This document shows, piece after piece, positions 22,778 to 34,822 of a DNA stretch of 64,000 nt. Position 1 is the first letter of the stretch. Every line of letters starts with the position of its first letter. A program made the translations under genes and the position numbers. Below the pieces are notes generated by a model. The model worked only from the letters and a program-made list of their open reading frames with translations. It did not search any database and was not told the origin of the DNA. The stretch covers positions 1,440 through 65,439 of the forward strand of contig CAKOWZ010000002.1 in NCBI GenBank assembly GCA_934129745.1, read 5' to 3'. The DNA comes from an uncultured Clostridia bacterium (GTDB lineage: Bacteria; Bacillota; Clostridia; TANB77; CAG-508).

Positions 22778-25700
22778 TTGGTAAAAGACATTAGGCACGA
22801 AAAAGTAGTGCGTAAAACTTTTGAAAAAATCGGTGACTCAATTGAAATTCCAAATCTTATCCAAGTACAAAAAGATTCATACAATTGGTTTATCGAAGAA
22901 GGATTAGGAGAAGTATTAAAAGATATTTCACCAATCGTTGACTATTCAGGTAATTTAGTTCTTGAATTTTTCGATTATTACATGGAAGACAAAACTAAAT
23001 ACACAGTAGAAGAAGCTAAAGAAAGAGATACTACATATTCAACAAGATTACATGTAAAAGTAAGATTGATTAACAGAGAAACAGGAGAAATCAAAGAACA
23101 AGAAATCTATTTAGGTGATTTTCCATTAATGACAGAAAGTGGAACTTTTGTAATCAATGGAGCTGAAAGAGTTGTAGTAAGCCAATTAGTTCGTTCACCA
23201 GGTTGTTATTATGCAAGTGATTTTGACAAAACAGGAAAACGTATTTATACATCAACTGTTATGCCAATTCGTGGAGCATGGATCGAGTATGAAACAGACT
23301 CAAATGATATTATCAATGTAAGAGTTGATAGAACAAGAAAACTACCTGTAACATGTTTATTAAGAGCTATTGGAATTGAAACAGACCAAGAAATCATGGA
23401 TTTATTTGGTGAAGATGAAAAAATTATGGCAACAATAGCAAAAGATCCAATTAAAACAGCTGATGAAGCTTTAATTGAAATTTACAAAAAATTAAGACCA
23501 GGAGAACTTCCAACAGTTGATGCTGCTAGAAATTTATTCACTGGATTATTCTTTGATGCTAGAAGATATGACTTAGCAAAAGTTGGTAGATATAAATATA
23601 ACTTTAAATTAAGTTTAGCAACAAGAATTACAGGAAAAGTTGCATTTTCAGATATTATTGACCCATCAACAGGTGAATTATTAGTTGAAAAAGATACTGT
23701 AATATCAGAAGATGTTGCAAGACAAATTCAAGATTCAGGAATTAATGTTGTTGATGTAAAAGTTGATGATAAAAGAGTAAGAGTAATTGGTAATGGAACT
23801 GTAAATATTCACAAAATATTACCAAATGTTGATTTAAGTTCATTACATTTTAAAGAAGATGTAAATTATGAAGTATTAAAATCAATAATTGATACAACAC
23901 CTGAAGAAGATTTAGTAAAAGTATTAAAACAAAGATATGATGAATTAATTCCAAAACATATCACAAATGAAGATATAATTGCATCAATCAGTTATTTATT
24001 AAACTTAGACTATGGTTTAGGAGAAATAGATGATATTGACCATTTAGGAAATAGACGTATTAGATGTGTTGGTGAATTATTACAAAATCAATTTAGAATT
24101 GGTTTAACAAGACTTGAAAGAGCTGTTCGTGAAAGAATGACAACACAAGACTTAGATGTAGTAACACCACAAACATTAATTAACACAAAACCTATTACAT
24201 CTTCAATTAGAGAATTCTTTGGAAGTTCTCAATTATCTCAATTCATGGACCAAACAAACCCATTATCTGAATTAACACATAAAAGAAGAATTTCAGCATT
24301 AGGGCCTGGTGGTTTAACTCGTGAAAGAGCAGGATTCGAGGTTAGAGATATTCACCATACACACTATGGAAGATTATGTCCAGTAGAATCTCCTGAAGGA
24401 CCAAATATCGGTTTAATTTCAGCACTTTCATGTTTCGCAATTATCAATGAATATGGATTTATTGAAACACCATACAAAAAAGTTGATAAAGAAACAGGAA
24501 AAGTTACAGATATAATTGAATATATGTCTGCTGATGTTGAAGATAAATATGTTATTGCAATGGCATCAGAACCTTTAGATGAAGAAGGAAGATTTGTACA
24601 TAACAGAGTTAGAGTTAGATATGCAAATGATATCCTAGAAGTTGATAAAGAAGAAGTAGATTATGTTGATATATCACCAAAACAATTAGTTTCAGTTGCT
24701 GCTGCTATGATACCTTTCTTAGAGCATGATGATGTTAAACGTTCATTAATGGGATCAAACATGCAACGTCAAGCTGTTCCATTATTAATACCAGAAGCTC
24801 CAATTGTTGGAACAGGTATTGAATATAGAGCTGCAAAAGATTCTGGAATTACAGTTACTGCAAAAAATGATGGTATTGTTGAAAAAGTAACAGGTGATGA
24901 AATTAGAGTAAGAACAAAAAATGGAACAATTGATACATATAAATTACGTAAATTCAAGAGAACAAATGGTGGAACATGTATCAACCAAAGACCAGTTGCT
25001 GTTAAAGGTGAAAGAGTTAAAGCAGGAGAAATCTTGGCTGATGGACCTTCAACTGTAAATGGTGAAATGTCATTAGGTAAAAACGTATTAATAGCTTTCA
25101 CAACTTGGGAAGGTTACAACTATGAAGATGCTGTATTAATTAGTGAAAGATTAGTAAAAGAAGATGTTTATACATCAATACATATTGAAGAATATGATTG
25201 TGAATGTAGAGACACAAAATTAGGACCAGAAGAAATCACTCGTGATATTCCAAATGTTGGTGATGATAGCTTAAAAGACCTAGATGAAGACGGAATTATT
25301 AGAATTGGTGCTGAAGTTAGACCAGGAGATATTTTAGTAGGTAAAGTTACTCCAAAAGGTGAAACTGAACTAACAGCAGAAGAAAGATTATTACGTGCTA
25401 TTTTTGGTGAAAAAGCTAGAGAAGTAAGAGATACATCACTTCGTGTACCACATGGTGAAGCTGGAACAATTGTTGATGTTAAAATATTCAATAGAGAAAA
25501 TTCTGATGAATTAGGACCTGGTGTAAACCAAGTTATTAGATGTTATATTGCAACAAAAAGAAAAATATCTGTTGGAGATAAAATGGCTGGACGTCATGGT
25601 AATAAAGGTGTTATCTCAAGAATATTACCAGAAGAAGATATGCCATTTATGCCAGATGGTACACCAGTTGATATAGTTCTTAACCCATTAGGTGTTCCTT

Positions 25701-26527
25701 CTCGTATGAACTTAGGTCAAGTTCTTGAAGTTCATTTAGGTATGGCTGCAAGAGCATTAGGATGGAAAGTTGAAACACCAGTATTTGATGGTGCTAAATC
25801 TTATGAAATTGAAGAATTACTAGAACAAGCTGGATTACGTAAAGATGGTAAAACAGTATTATATGATGGAAGAACAGGAGATCCATTTAATAACCCAGTT
25901 ACAGTTGGTGTAATGTATATGTTAAAACTTCACCACTTAGTTGATGATAAAATACATGCTCGTTCAACTGGACCATATTCATTAGTAACACAACAACCTT
26001 TAGGAGGTAAAGCTCAATTTGGTGGACAACGTTTTGGTGAAATGGAAGTTTGGGCATTAGAAGCATATGGTGCTGCTTACACATTACAAGAAATGTTAAC
26101 AGTTAAATCTGATGATGTTGTGGGAAGAGTAAAAACATATGAAGCTATTGTTAAAGGTGAAAATGTTCCAGAACCAGGTGTTCCAGAAGGATTCAAAGTA
26201 TTAATTAAAGAATTACAATCATTAGGATTAGATATTCGTCTATATTCAAGTGATAATGTTGAATTAGAATTAAAAGAACACATTGAAGATGGAATAGATT
26301 TCAATTTAGATAAAGCAAAAGCTTTAGATGAAGAACAAGTTGTTGATGAATCTGAATTAGAAAATGGTTATACAGATGCTGAATCTGATGATGATTTAGA
26401 TGATAGTTTATTTGGAGATTCATTAGATGAAGAAGATGATGAATTAATGATTTTTGACAATGATTTAGCAGAAGATAATATCTTTAATGAAGAAGATATA
26501 ATTGATGATGAAGGAGGTGAGTTCTAA
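22778..26527 (+). CDS. rpoB: DNA-directed RNA polymerase beta subunit with an acidic Asp/Glu-rich C-terminal extension of about 85 aa
   Basis: Conserved RpoB blocks throughout (e.g. [29 protein letters not shown]). Probable TTG start with an AGGGGTG ribosome-binding site. Tail ...[66 protein letters not shown]. Confidence 0.95.
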   Translation: MVKDIRHEKVVRKTFEKIGDSIEIPNLIQVQKDSYNWFIEEGLGEVLKDISPIVDYSGNLVLEFFDYYMEDKTKYTVEEAKERDTTYSTRLHVKVRLINRETGEIKEQEIYLGDFPLMTESGTFVINGAERVVVSQLVRSPGCYYASDFDKTGKRIYTSTVMPIRGAWIEYETDSNDIINVRVDRTRKLPVTCLLRAIGIETDQEIMDLFGEDEKIMATIAKDPIKTADEALIEIYKKLRPGELPTVDAARNLFTGLFFDARRYDLAKVGRYKYNFKLSLATRITGKVAFSDIIDPSTGELLVEKDTVISEDVARQIQDSGINVVDVKVDDKRVRVIGNGTVNIHKILPNVDLSSLHFKEDVNYEVLKSIIDTTPEEDLVKVLKQRYDELIPKHITNEDIIASISYLLNLDYGLGEIDDIDHLGNRRIRCVGELLQNQFRIGLTRLERAVRERMTTQDLDVVTPQTLINTKPITSSIREFFGSSQLSQFMDQTNPLSELTHKRRISALGPGGLTRERAGFEVRDIHHTHYGRLCPVESPEGPNIGLISALSCFAIINEYGFIETPYKKVDKETGKVTDIIEYMSADVEDKYVIAMASEPLDEEGRFVHNRVRVRYANDILEVDKEEVDYVDISPKQLVSVAAAMIPFLEHDDVKRSLMGSNMQRQAVPLLIPEAPIVGTGIEYRAAKDSGITVTAKNDGIVEKVTGDEIRVRTKNGTIDTYKLRKFKRTNGGTCINQRPVAVKGERVKAGEILADGPSTVNGEMSLGKNVLIAFTTWEGYNYEDAVLISERLVKEDVYTSIHIEEYDCECRDTKLGPEEITRDIPNVGDDSLKDLDEDGIIRIGAEVRPGDILVGKVTPKGETELTAEERLLRAIFGEKAREVRDTSLRVPHGEAGTIVDVKIFNRENSDELGPGVNQVIRCYIATKRKISVGDKMAGRHGNKGVISRILPEEDMPFMPDGTPVDIVLNPLGVPSRMNLGQVLEVHLGMAARALGWKVETPVFDGAKSYEIEELLEQAGLRKDGKTVLYDGRTGDPFNNPVTVGVMYMLKLHHLVDDKIHARSTGPYSLVTQQPLGGKAQFGGQRFGEMEVWALEAYGAAYTLQEMLTVKSDDVVGRVKTYEAIVKGENVPEPGVPEGFKVLIKELQSLGLDIRLYSSDNVELELKEHIEDGIDFNLDKAKALDEEQVVDESELENGYTDAESDDDLDDSLFGDSLDEEDDELMIFDNDLAEDNIFNEEDIIDDEGGEF

Positions 26528-29500
26528 TGGAAATGGACGAATTAGAATTATTTGACAAAATTAAAATAGGTATTGCATCAGATGAGAAAATAAGAGAATG
26601 GTCTAAAGGTGAGGTTAAAAAACCAGAAACAATTAACTATAGAACTCTAAAACCTGAAAAAGACGGATTATTTTGTGAAAGAATATTTGGACCTACAAAA
26701 GACTGGGAATGTCATTGTGGTAAATATAAAAGAGTAAGATATAAAGGTATTGTATGTGATAGATGTGGTGTTGAAGTAACAAAAGCTAAAGTAAGACGTG
26801 AAAGAATGGGACATATAGAACTTGCTGCTCCTGTTGCACACATCTGGTATTTTAAAGGAATACCAAGCAGAATTGCCTTAATATTAGATATATCTCCACG
26901 TAACTTAGAAAAAGTTATATATTTTGCATCATATGTTGTAACAGACAAAGGTGATACAGGATTAATGAAATGCCAAGTTTTAAGTGAAAAAGAATATCAT
27001 GAAGCTGTTGAAAAATATGGTAAAGGTTCTTTTAAAGCTGAAATGGGTGCAGAAGCTATCCGTAAATTATTACAAGAAGTTGATATTGAAAAATTATCAG
27101 AAAGCTTGAAAAAAGAACTTGTAAAAGCAAGTGAACAAAAAAAAGCTAAAATTATTAAAAGATTAGATACAGTTGAATCTTTCAGACAATCTGAAAATAA
27201 ACCAGAATGGATGGTTATGAGTGTAATTCCAGTAATTCCACCAGAATTACGTCCAATGGTTCAATTAGATGGTGGTAGATTTGCAACATCTGATTTAAAT
27301 GATTTATATAGACGTGTTATTAACAGAAATAACAGATTAAAAAGATTATTAGAATTAGGTGCTCCAGAAATAATTGTAAGAAATGAAAAACGTATGTTAC
27401 AAGAATCTGTTGATGCATTAATTGATAATGGTAGACGTGGAAGACCTGTTACAGGTGCTGGAAACAGACCATTAAAATCTTTATCTGATATGTTAAAAGG
27501 AAAACAAGGTAGATTCCGTCAAAACTTATTAGGAAAACGTGTTGACTATTCTGGACGTTCAGTTATCGTTGTTGGACCTGAACTTAAAATTTATCAATGT
27601 GGTCTTCCTAAAGAAATGGCAATTGAATTATTCAAACCTTTTGTTATGAGAGAATTAGTTGGAAGAGGAATTGCTCACAATATTAAAAATGCTAAAAGAA
27701 TGGTTGAAAAATTAAAACCTGAAGTTTGGGATATGTTAGAATATGTAATTAAAGATCACCCAGTAATGTTAAACCGTGCTCCAACATTACATAGACTTGG
27801 TATTCAAGCATTTGAACCTGTTCTAGTTGAAGGTAGAGCTATTAAACTTCACCCATTAGTTTGTACAGCATTTAATGCTGACTTTGATGGTGACCAAATG
27901 GCTATTCACGTTCCATTATCACCAGAAGCACAAGCTGAAGCTAGATATTTAATGCTTTCAGTTAACAACCTTTTAAAACCACAAGATGGTAAACCAGTTA
28001 CAGTACCTACACAAGATATGATTCTTGGTGCTTATTACTTAACAATGGAAGTTGATGGTGAACCAGGTGAAGGAAATTATTTCTCATCTCCAGAAGAAGC
28101 TATAATTGCTTATGAAAACAGAGATTTGGGAATGCATGCAAAAATCAAAGTAAAAATGACAAAAGAAGTTGATGGTGTTGAAAAAGTTGGAACTGTTGAA
28201 ACATCAGTAGGTAGAATTATTTACAACCAAGGAATCCCACAAGATTTAGGATTTGTAGATAGAACTAACCCAGACAATTTGTTTGAACCAGAAATTAATT
28301 TTGTTGTTACAAAGAAAAATTTAGGAAAAATTATTGCTAAATCAATTAATGTTCATGGTTTAAGTGATACAGCTGTATTACTAGATTATATTAAATCAAC
28401 AGGTTACAAATATTCTACAATTGGTGCTATTACAGTATCTGTTAGTGATGTTAAAGTACCTGAAGCAAAGAAAACAATACTTGAAGAAGCAAGTAAACAA
28501 GTTGATAATATACGTAAACAATATAAACGTGGTTTAATAACAGATGAAGAAAGATATAATGCAGTTATCAAAGTATGGAGTAAAGCTACAGATGATGTTA
28601 AAGATGCAATGAAAGAAAACTTTGAAAAATTAAACCCAGTATTCATGATGTCTGAATCTGGAGCCAGAGGTAACTTAGACCAATTAAAACAAATTGCTGG
28701 TATGCGTGGACTTATGGCTAGTACAACAGGTAAAGCAGTTGAAGTGCCTATTACTTCATGTTTTAGGGAAGGTTTAAGTGCAATCGAATACTTTATTGCT
28801 GCCCATGGAGCTCGTAAAGGACTTTCTGATACAGCTTTAAGAACAGCCGATTCAGGATATTTAACAAGAAGATTGGTTGATGTTGCACAAGATATTATAG
28901 TAAGAGAAGAAGATTGTGGAACACATGAAGGTATTGAAGTTTCTGATATTAAAGACGGAAATCAAGTTGTTGAAAAATTAGAAGAAAGATTAGTTGGTAG
29001 ATATCCATTAGAAGATATTTATAATCCAGAAACTAATGAATTAATTGTTGATACACAAACAATGATTACAGATGCAATTGCTGAAAAAATTGTTGCAGCA
29101 GGAATTACAAAAGTAAATGTACGTTCAGTTATTGGATGTAGAACAAAACATGGTGTATGTAGCCATTGTTATGGTATGGGACTTGCAACAAGAGAAACAT
29201 CTAAAATTGGTGAATCAATTGGTGTTATTGCTGCTCAATCAATTGGTGAACCTGGTACACAATTAACAATGAGAACTATCCACTCTGGTGGTGTTGCCGG
29301 TGTTGCTGATATTACTCAAGGTCTTCCAAGGGTTGAGGAATTGTTTGAAGCTAGAAAACCAAAGGGATTAGCTATAATCAGTGAAATTCCTGGTGTTGTT
29401 AAAATTGCTGATGACAAAAAGAATAGAAAAGAAGTTATTGTTAGAAATGATAAAGAAGCTAAAACATATGTTATCCCTTTCGGTTCTAAACTTAAAGTTA

Positions 29501-30132
29501 GAGAAGGAGATGAAGTTGAAGCTGGTTCTCCATTAACAGAAGGTTCTATTAACCCTAACGAAATTTTAGCAATTAATGGACCTGATGGAGTATTTAGATA
29601 TTTAGTACAAGAAGTTCAAAAAGTTTATAGAAACCAAGGTGTTGATATCAATGATAAACACATTGAGGTTATTGCAAGACAAATGCTTAAAAAAGTTCGT
29701 GTAGAAGATAATGGTGATACAGGATTATTTGCTGGTTCATTAGTTGATATGCATGAATTTGAAGATGAAAACAACAGAGTTATTGCTGAAGGTAAAACTC
29801 CTGCAAAAGGAAAACGTGTTTTACTTGGAATTACAAAAGCATCACTTGCTACAGAAAGCTTTTTATCTGCTGCTTCTTTCCAAGAAACAACAAGAGTTCT
29901 TACAGAAGCTGCTATTAAAGGTAAAGTTGATGAATTAGTTGGATTAAAAGAAAATGTTATTATTGGTAAATTAATTCCAGCTGGTACAGGTATGGCTCAA
30001 TATCAGGCAACTAAGATTTCAACTGAATTAGATAATGATAATTCAATTGATGTGGATGATGAAGCTGAAAATGCAGATATAAATACAAATGCTAAGGAAA
30101 CAGTTGAAAATACTGATTCTGAAGAAGAATAA
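26527..30132 (+). CDS. rpoC: DNA-directed RNA polymerase beta-prime subunit with an acidic C-terminal tail
   Basis: Zn-binding [23 protein letters not shown] and the catalytic NADFDGDQM motif. The ATG overlaps the rpoB stop (taATGg). Tail [33 protein letters not shown]. Confidence 0.95.
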   Translation: MEMDELELFDKIKIGIASDEKIREWSKGEVKKPETINYRTLKPEKDGLFCERIFGPTKDWECHCGKYKRVRYKGIVCDRCGVEVTKAKVRRERMGHIELAAPVAHIWYFKGIPSRIALILDISPRNLEKVIYFASYVVTDKGDTGLMKCQVLSEKEYHEAVEKYGKGSFKAEMGAEAIRKLLQEVDIEKLSESLKKELVKASEQKKAKIIKRLDTVESFRQSENKPEWMVMSVIPVIPPELRPMVQLDGGRFATSDLNDLYRRVINRNNRLKRLLELGAPEIIVRNEKRMLQESVDALIDNGRRGRPVTGAGNRPLKSLSDMLKGKQGRFRQNLLGKRVDYSGRSVIVVGPELKIYQCGLPKEMAIELFKPFVMRELVGRGIAHNIKNAKRMVEKLKPEVWDMLEYVIKDHPVMLNRAPTLHRLGIQAFEPVLVEGRAIKLHPLVCTAFNADFDGDQMAIHVPLSPEAQAEARYLMLSVNNLLKPQDGKPVTVPTQDMILGAYYLTMEVDGEPGEGNYFSSPEEAIIAYENRDLGMHAKIKVKMTKEVDGVEKVGTVETSVGRIIYNQGIPQDLGFVDRTNPDNLFEPEINFVVTKKNLGKIIAKSINVHGLSDTAVLLDYIKSTGYKYSTIGAITVSVSDVKVPEAKKTILEEASKQVDNIRKQYKRGLITDEERYNAVIKVWSKATDDVKDAMKENFEKLNPVFMMSESGARGNLDQLKQIAGMRGLMASTTGKAVEVPITSCFREGLSAIEYFIAAHGARKGLSDTALRTADSGYLTRRLVDVAQDIIVREEDCGTHEGIEVSDIKDGNQVVEKLEERLVGRYPLEDIYNPETNELIVDTQTMITDAIAEKIVAAGITKVNVRSVIGCRTKHGVCSHCYGMGLATRETSKIGESIGVIAAQSIGEPGTQLTMRTIHSGGVAGVADITQGLPRVEELFEARKPKGLAIISEIPGVVKIADDKKNRKEVIVRNDKEAKTYVIPFGSKLKVREGDEVEAGSPLTEGSINPNEILAINGPDGVFRYLVQEVQKVYRNQGVDINDKHIEVIARQMLKKVRVEDNGDTGLFAGSLVDMHEFEDENNRVIAEGKTPAKGKRVLLGITKASLATESFLSAASFQETTRVLTEAAIKGKVDELVGLKENVIIGKLIPAGTGMAQYQATKISTELDNDNSIDVDDEAENADINTNAKETVENTDSEEE

Positions 30133-30140
30133 AAAATAAA

Positions 30141-30175
30141 AATTCCAGGATTAAATCCTGGAATTTTTATTTTGG
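30141..30175 (+). terminator. rho-independent terminator after rpoC
   Basis: Hairpin ttccagga-ttaaa-tcctggaa followed by tttttatttt. Confidence 0.8.
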
Positions 30176-30245
30176 AATATATGGGGAATTCTGCAATTTT
30201 GTATTACTTTTAACTAAATCACCAAAAGTAAAGCAAAATTGCCTG

Positions 30246-30314
30246 AGGTCTAAATGTTGTCTAAGGTCTAAATGTTGTCTTCATATTGACAAAATGCTAA
30301 AAACAGGGTAAAAT
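30246..30314 (+). promoter_or_regulatory. tandem direct repeat (ggtctaaatgttgtct, two copies) abutting a TTGACA-N17-TAAAAT promoter upstream of gdpP
   Basis: Read directly: -35 at 30286-30291, -10 at 30309-30314. Confidence 0.45.
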
Positions 30315-30347
30315 CAATATGTAATGAAAATGAAAAGGGAGATAAAA

Positions 30348-32357
30348 ATGTCAAATAATAATAACAATTTTTTTAGTAAATTGGTATCAAAAACAAAAAT
30401 ATATTTAATTTTGATAGCAATTTTATTAATTATAATTTGTATAATAAAACCTGTATTTATAATACCTGCAATAATTGTATTTGCATTAACCATGTATTAT
30501 AATTATTGGACAAATCAAAAAAGAATGGTTGAAGTTACAGAACATATTAAAGACTTGACTTTAAATGTAGATAAAGTTTCAAAAAGAACTTTAATAAATT
30601 CACCATTTCCTTTAATAATTGTGGAAACAGATGGTAATATTGTATGGAAAAGCACAAAATTTGTTAGTGAATTTAATGATATTGAAATAAATCCAATTTT
30701 AGATGATATTATAAAAAATCTTAAATTAGAAATTGAAAATAATACTAAATTAAGAAACAACCAGATATTACAAAAAGTGCAAATTGGAAACAAAAGTTAT
30801 AAAATTTATGGAGAATATGTTAAATCTAAACAAGTTGATTGGAAAAGAGAATATATGGCTACTTTGTATTTTGTGGATGAGACTGAAATTGTTAATCTAA
30901 AAAATGATTATGATAATTCACAAATATGTATTGGTATTGTTATGATAGATAATTATGAGGAAATTATGCAACGTATTTCAGGTGAAGAAAGAGTTGAGTT
31001 ATTTTCAAAAATCGAGAAAAAAATTTATGATTGGGCAACAGAATTTAAAGGATTAGTAGTAAAAGCTGAAAGAGATACTTTTGTATGGATTTGTGAGAAA
31101 AAATATTTGGATGAATTAGAAGAAAATAAGTTTATTATATTAGATGAAATTAAAGAGATTAATCAATCTTCAAGATTTCAATCAACTCTAAGTATAGCTG
31201 TATCTTGTGAAGGTGATTCTAATTATGAAAAATACAAATTAGCAAAATCTGCAATTGAAATTGCTTTAGGTAGAGGTGGAGACCAGGCTGTTGTTAGAAA
31301 AAATGGTAAATATAATTTTTTCGGTGGTAAAACCCAAGAATTAGAAAAACGTACAAGAGTTAAAGCAAGAAGTGTTGCTAGTGCTTTAGAAGAATTGATT
31401 GAAGAAGCTGAAAATGTTGTTATAATGGGACATACAAATTCTGATATTGATGCATTAGGTTCAGCATTAGGAATTTACAGATTATGCAAAACAATGGGAA
31501 AAGATGCATTTGTTGCAAGTGGAACTATTGGTATTGGACTTGAAAATTTTGTTCAATATGCAAAACATAAGCCTGAATATGAAAAAGCAATAATAGATAA
31601 AGAAGAAGCAATTGAAATTACAAATTCAAAAACATTATTAGTTGTTGTTGATACACATAAAAAAACATATACAGATGTACCTGAATTGATTGATCTTGCA
31701 GGTAAAATTGTTATTATAGATCATCATAGAATGAGTACAGATTATATTGAAAATCCAGTTTTAACATTCCAAGAAGTATATGCTTCATCAGCTGCAGAAC
31801 TTGTAACAGAACTTATTACATATTCTGATAAAGATGTTAAATTAACTGATGTTGAAGCAGAAGGTTTATATGCAGGAATTATGATGGATACTAAAAATTT
31901 CACATTTAAAACTGGTGTTAGAACATTTGAAGCAGCAGCATATTTACGTAAATGTGGTGTTGATATAATTAAAGTAAAAAAATGGTTTCAAAGTGATTTA
32001 GAAACATATAATACAATATCAGAAATCGTTGCAAAATCTGAAATTATTGAAGATTCTATTGCAATTTCAATTTATGAAAAAGTTGACAAAGATGCAAACA
32101 TAATTTGTGCAAAAGCTGCTGATGAATTACTTACAATTAGTGATATTAATGCATCATTTGTAATTGGAAATTTTGGAGAAAAAATTTGTATAAGTGGACG
32201 TTCTTTAGGTGATATAAATGTTCAAGTTATACTTGAAAAACTTGGAGGTGGAGGTCATATTACACTTGCAGGTGCTCAAGTTGTGGGAATGAATATTTAT
32301 GAAGTGAAAAAACAATTAATTGAAAAAATTAAGGAATATTTTTCAGAACAAATGTAA
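30348..32357 (+). CDS. gdpP: GdpP-type c-di-AMP phosphodiesterase (TM anchor, degenerate PAS/GGDEF region, DHH and DHHA1 domains)
   Basis: DHH motif GHTNSDIDALGS, DHHA1 GGGGH, N-terminal TM helices. Start moved to the ATG at 30348, which has an AAGGGAG ribosome-binding site. Confidence 0.85.
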   Translation: MSNNNNNFFSKLVSKTKIYLILIAILLIIICIIKPVFIIPAIIVFALTMYYNYWTNQKRMVEVTEHIKDLTLNVDKVSKRTLINSPFPLIIVETDGNIVWKSTKFVSEFNDIEINPILDDIIKNLKLEIENNTKLRNNQILQKVQIGNKSYKIYGEYVKSKQVDWKREYMATLYFVDETEIVNLKNDYDNSQICIGIVMIDNYEEIMQRISGEERVELFSKIEKKIYDWATEFKGLVVKAERDTFVWICEKKYLDELEENKFIILDEIKEINQSSRFQSTLSIAVSCEGDSNYEKYKLAKSAIEIALGRGGDQAVVRKNGKYNFFGGKTQELEKRTRVKARSVASALEELIEEAENVVIMGHTNSDIDALGSALGIYRLCKTMGKDAFVASGTIGIGLENFVQYAKHKPEYEKAIIDKEEAIEITNSKTLLVVVDTHKKTYTDVPELIDLAGKIVIIDHHRMSTDYIENPVLTFQEVYASSAAELVTELITYSDKDVKLTDVEAEGLYAGIMMDTKNFTFKTGVRTFEAAAYLRKCGVDIIKVKKWFQSDLETYNTISEIVAKSEIIEDSIAISIYEKVDKDANIICAKAADELLTISDINASFVIGNFGEKICISGRSLGDINVQVILEKLGGGGHITLAGAQVVGMNIYEVKKQLIEKIKEYFSEQM

Positions 32358-32476
32358 GCTTTAAGAGATGATTTGACAAAGGTATATATAAATGGTAAAA
32401 TTGAACTGTAAATTAAAAATAAGGATAGATAGTTTTACATATAAAATTAATCTGTGTTTATTGAAATAAGAAAGGA

Positions 32477-32806
32477 ATGAAAATTAAAATGGAACAAAAA
32501 TTCAGAGGATTGTTAGCATATTTATTTGGATGGATTGGAGGATTAATTGTTTTATTAGCATTCAAAGATAATGATAGTAGAACAAAGTTTAATGCTTGCC
32601 AATCAATAGTTTTATCAGTAAGTTCAGTAATTGTAAGCATTGTTTTAGGATTTATACCATATATTAAAGTTGTAGCTTCATTATATAGTGTACTTATATT
32701 TGTATTATTAATTATTGGAATGATAAAATCATACAAAGAAGAAGATTATGAATTACCAGTAGTAAGTGATTTAACAAGAGAAATTTTTAAAAGTAAATTA
32801 GATTAA
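32477..32806 (+). CDS. small integral membrane protein (two TM helices), function unknown
   Basis: 109-aa ORF with hydrophobic segments LLAYLFGWIGGLIVLLAF and LIFVLLIIGMI. Located between gdpP and rplI. Confidence 0.5.
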   Translation: MKIKMEQKFRGLLAYLFGWIGGLIVLLAFKDNDSRTKFNACQSIVLSVSSVIVSIVLGFIPYIKVVASLYSVLIFVLLIIGMIKSYKEEDYELPVVSDLTREIFKSKLD

Positions 32807-32838
32807 AAAAGTTGAGCTTAGGCTCAATTTTTTTAATT
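32805..32838 (+). terminator. rho-independent terminator
   Basis: Hairpin ttgagc-tta-ggctcaa followed by tttttttaattt. Confidence 0.75.
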
Positions 32839-32921
32839 TCAAAAACATCTTCAAAAACATTGAAATTTATTCAAATTTATTGTAAAATAGTAACAAAGTT
32901 TTTTAGAAAAAGGGTGGTAAT

Positions 32922-33365
32922 ATGAAAGTAATTTTATTAGATAATATAAAAGGTGTAGGAAAAAAAGATGAAGTTATAAATGCAAGTGATGGATATGCAC
33001 GTAACTTTTTATTTCCAAGAAAATTGGCTGTTGAAGCTAATGCCGAAAATATGAGTAAATTAAAAAATAAGCAAGATTCTGTTCAACATAAAAAAAATGT
33101 TGAAAAAGAAAAAGCTGAAGATATTGCTAAAAAATTAAAAGATATTACAGTAAATATTAAAGTTAAAGCAGGAGATAATGGTAGAATTTTTGGAGGAGTA
33201 ACATCTAAGGAAATCTCTGAAAATTTAAAACAACAATTTAAAATTGATATTGATAAAAAGAAAATTATTTTAAATGAAACTATTAAAAATATAGGTGTTT
33301 TTAATGTTTCTGTTAAACTATTTGAAGGAATTGTTGGTAATTTAAAAATTAATGTTAATGAATAA
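32922..33365 (+). CDS. rplI: 50S ribosomal protein L9
   Basis: MKVILLDNIKGVGKKDEVINASDGYARNFLFPRKLA is a conserved L9 N-terminus. AAGGGTGG ribosome-binding site. Confidence 0.9.
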   Translation: MKVILLDNIKGVGKKDEVINASDGYARNFLFPRKLAVEANAENMSKLKNKQDSVQHKKNVEKEKAEDIAKKLKDITVNIKVKAGDNGRIFGGVTSKEISENLKQQFKIDIDKKKIILNETIKNIGVFNVSVKLFEGIVGNLKINVNE

Positions 33366-33421
33366 TATTTAATATAGAAATATAATTAAAGTAATAAATA
33401 TAGAAGAAAGGGAGCGTAAAA

Positions 33422-34750
33422 ATGGATTTTAATAAGGTTCCACCTCATGATTTGGAAGCTGAACAAGCAGTAATTGGTAGTATGTTAACAGATAAAGAAG
33501 CTGTAATTTCTGCAATTGAAACATTAACAGATGATGATTTTTACAGAGAAGATAATAAAATAATATATTCAGCAATTATGAATCTATATAATAGAGGTGA
33601 TGCAATTGATATTATTACATTAAAAGCTGAACTTTCATCTATGGGAAAATTTGAGGCTGTAGGTGGATTAGAGTATTTGGCTGAATTACCTGAAAAAGTT
33701 CCAACAACAGCAAATGTTGATAAATATATAAAAATTGTTGAAGAAAAATCAACTTTAAGAACATTGATAAGAACAGCAAATGAACTTATTACTTTAGGAT
33801 ATGACCCAACACAAGAAGTCGAAGAACTTATGGATAATGCTGAGAAAAAGATTTTTGGTGTTATGCAAAATCGTGCTCAAAAAACATATAGTTCAATGAA
33901 AGATATTCTTGTTGATACATTTATTGAATTAGAAGAATTATATAATAGAAAAGAACATATTACAGGTGTTCCAACAGGTTTTGTAGATTTAGATTATAAA
34001 ACAGCTGGATTACATGGCTCAGAATTGATTTTAGTTGCTGCAAGACCTGCAATGGGGAAATCTGCATTTGCATTAAATATTGCTACAAATGCAGCTGTTA
34101 GAGCAAAAACACCTGTTGCTATATTTAGTCTCGAAATGTCAAAAGAACAAATGGCTAACAGAATTTTGTGTAGTGAAGCAATGGTTGATAGTAATAAAGT
34201 TAGAACAGGTAAGGTTGAAGATGATGATTGGTCAAAACTTGCAGAGGCTTCAGGGATTTTGTCAGAAGCACAAATATTTATTGATGATACACCAGGTATT
34301 TCAATTATGGAAATTCGTGCAAAATGCAGAAAAATGAAATTAGAAAAAAATATTGGATTGGTTGTAATCGATTATTTACAATTAGTTCAAGGAAGTAACA
34401 AAAGAGCAGGAAGCCGTGAACAAGAAATAGCTGAAATCAGTAGATCTTTAAAGATTTTAGCTAAAGAAATAAATGTGCCTGTTATTGCACTTTCACAATT
34501 ATCTCGTGCTCCAGAACAAAGACCTGACCATAGACCTATGCTTTCAGATCTTCGTGAATCTGGTTCTATAGAGCAAGATGCTGATATTGTTATGTTTTTA
34601 TATAGAGATGATTATTATAATCAGGATTCTGAAAAAAAGAATGTTGCTGAAGTTATTTTGGCTAAACACAGAGCTGGTTCAACTGGTACTGTAGAACTTG
34701 CATGGCTTGGAAGTTACACTAAATTTGCAAATTTGGAAAATAGATATTAA
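33422..34750 (+). CDS. dnaB: replicative DNA helicase
   Basis: N-terminal PPHDLEAEQAVIGSML, Walker A ARPAMGKSAF, and the RecA-like core. Confidence 0.9.
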   Translation: MDFNKVPPHDLEAEQAVIGSMLTDKEAVISAIETLTDDDFYREDNKIIYSAIMNLYNRGDAIDIITLKAELSSMGKFEAVGGLEYLAELPEKVPTTANVDKYIKIVEEKSTLRTLIRTANELITLGYDPTQEVEELMDNAEKKIFGVMQNRAQKTYSSMKDILVDTFIELEELYNRKEHITGVPTGFVDLDYKTAGLHGSELILVAARPAMGKSAFALNIATNAAVRAKTPVAIFSLEMSKEQMANRILCSEAMVDSNKVRTGKVEDDDWSKLAEASGILSEAQIFIDDTPGISIMEIRAKCRKMKLEKNIGLVVIDYLQLVQGSNKRAGSREQEIAEISRSLKILAKEINVPVIALSQLSRAPEQRPDHRPMLSDLRESGSIEQDADIVMFLYRDDYYNQDSEKKNVAEVILAKHRAGSTGTVELAWLGSYTKFANLENRY

Positions 34751-34822
34751 AAAATAAGTATTAGAAAAAATAACATCACTAAATGATAAATAGATATAAA
34801 AAAATAACATCATAAAAATGAG

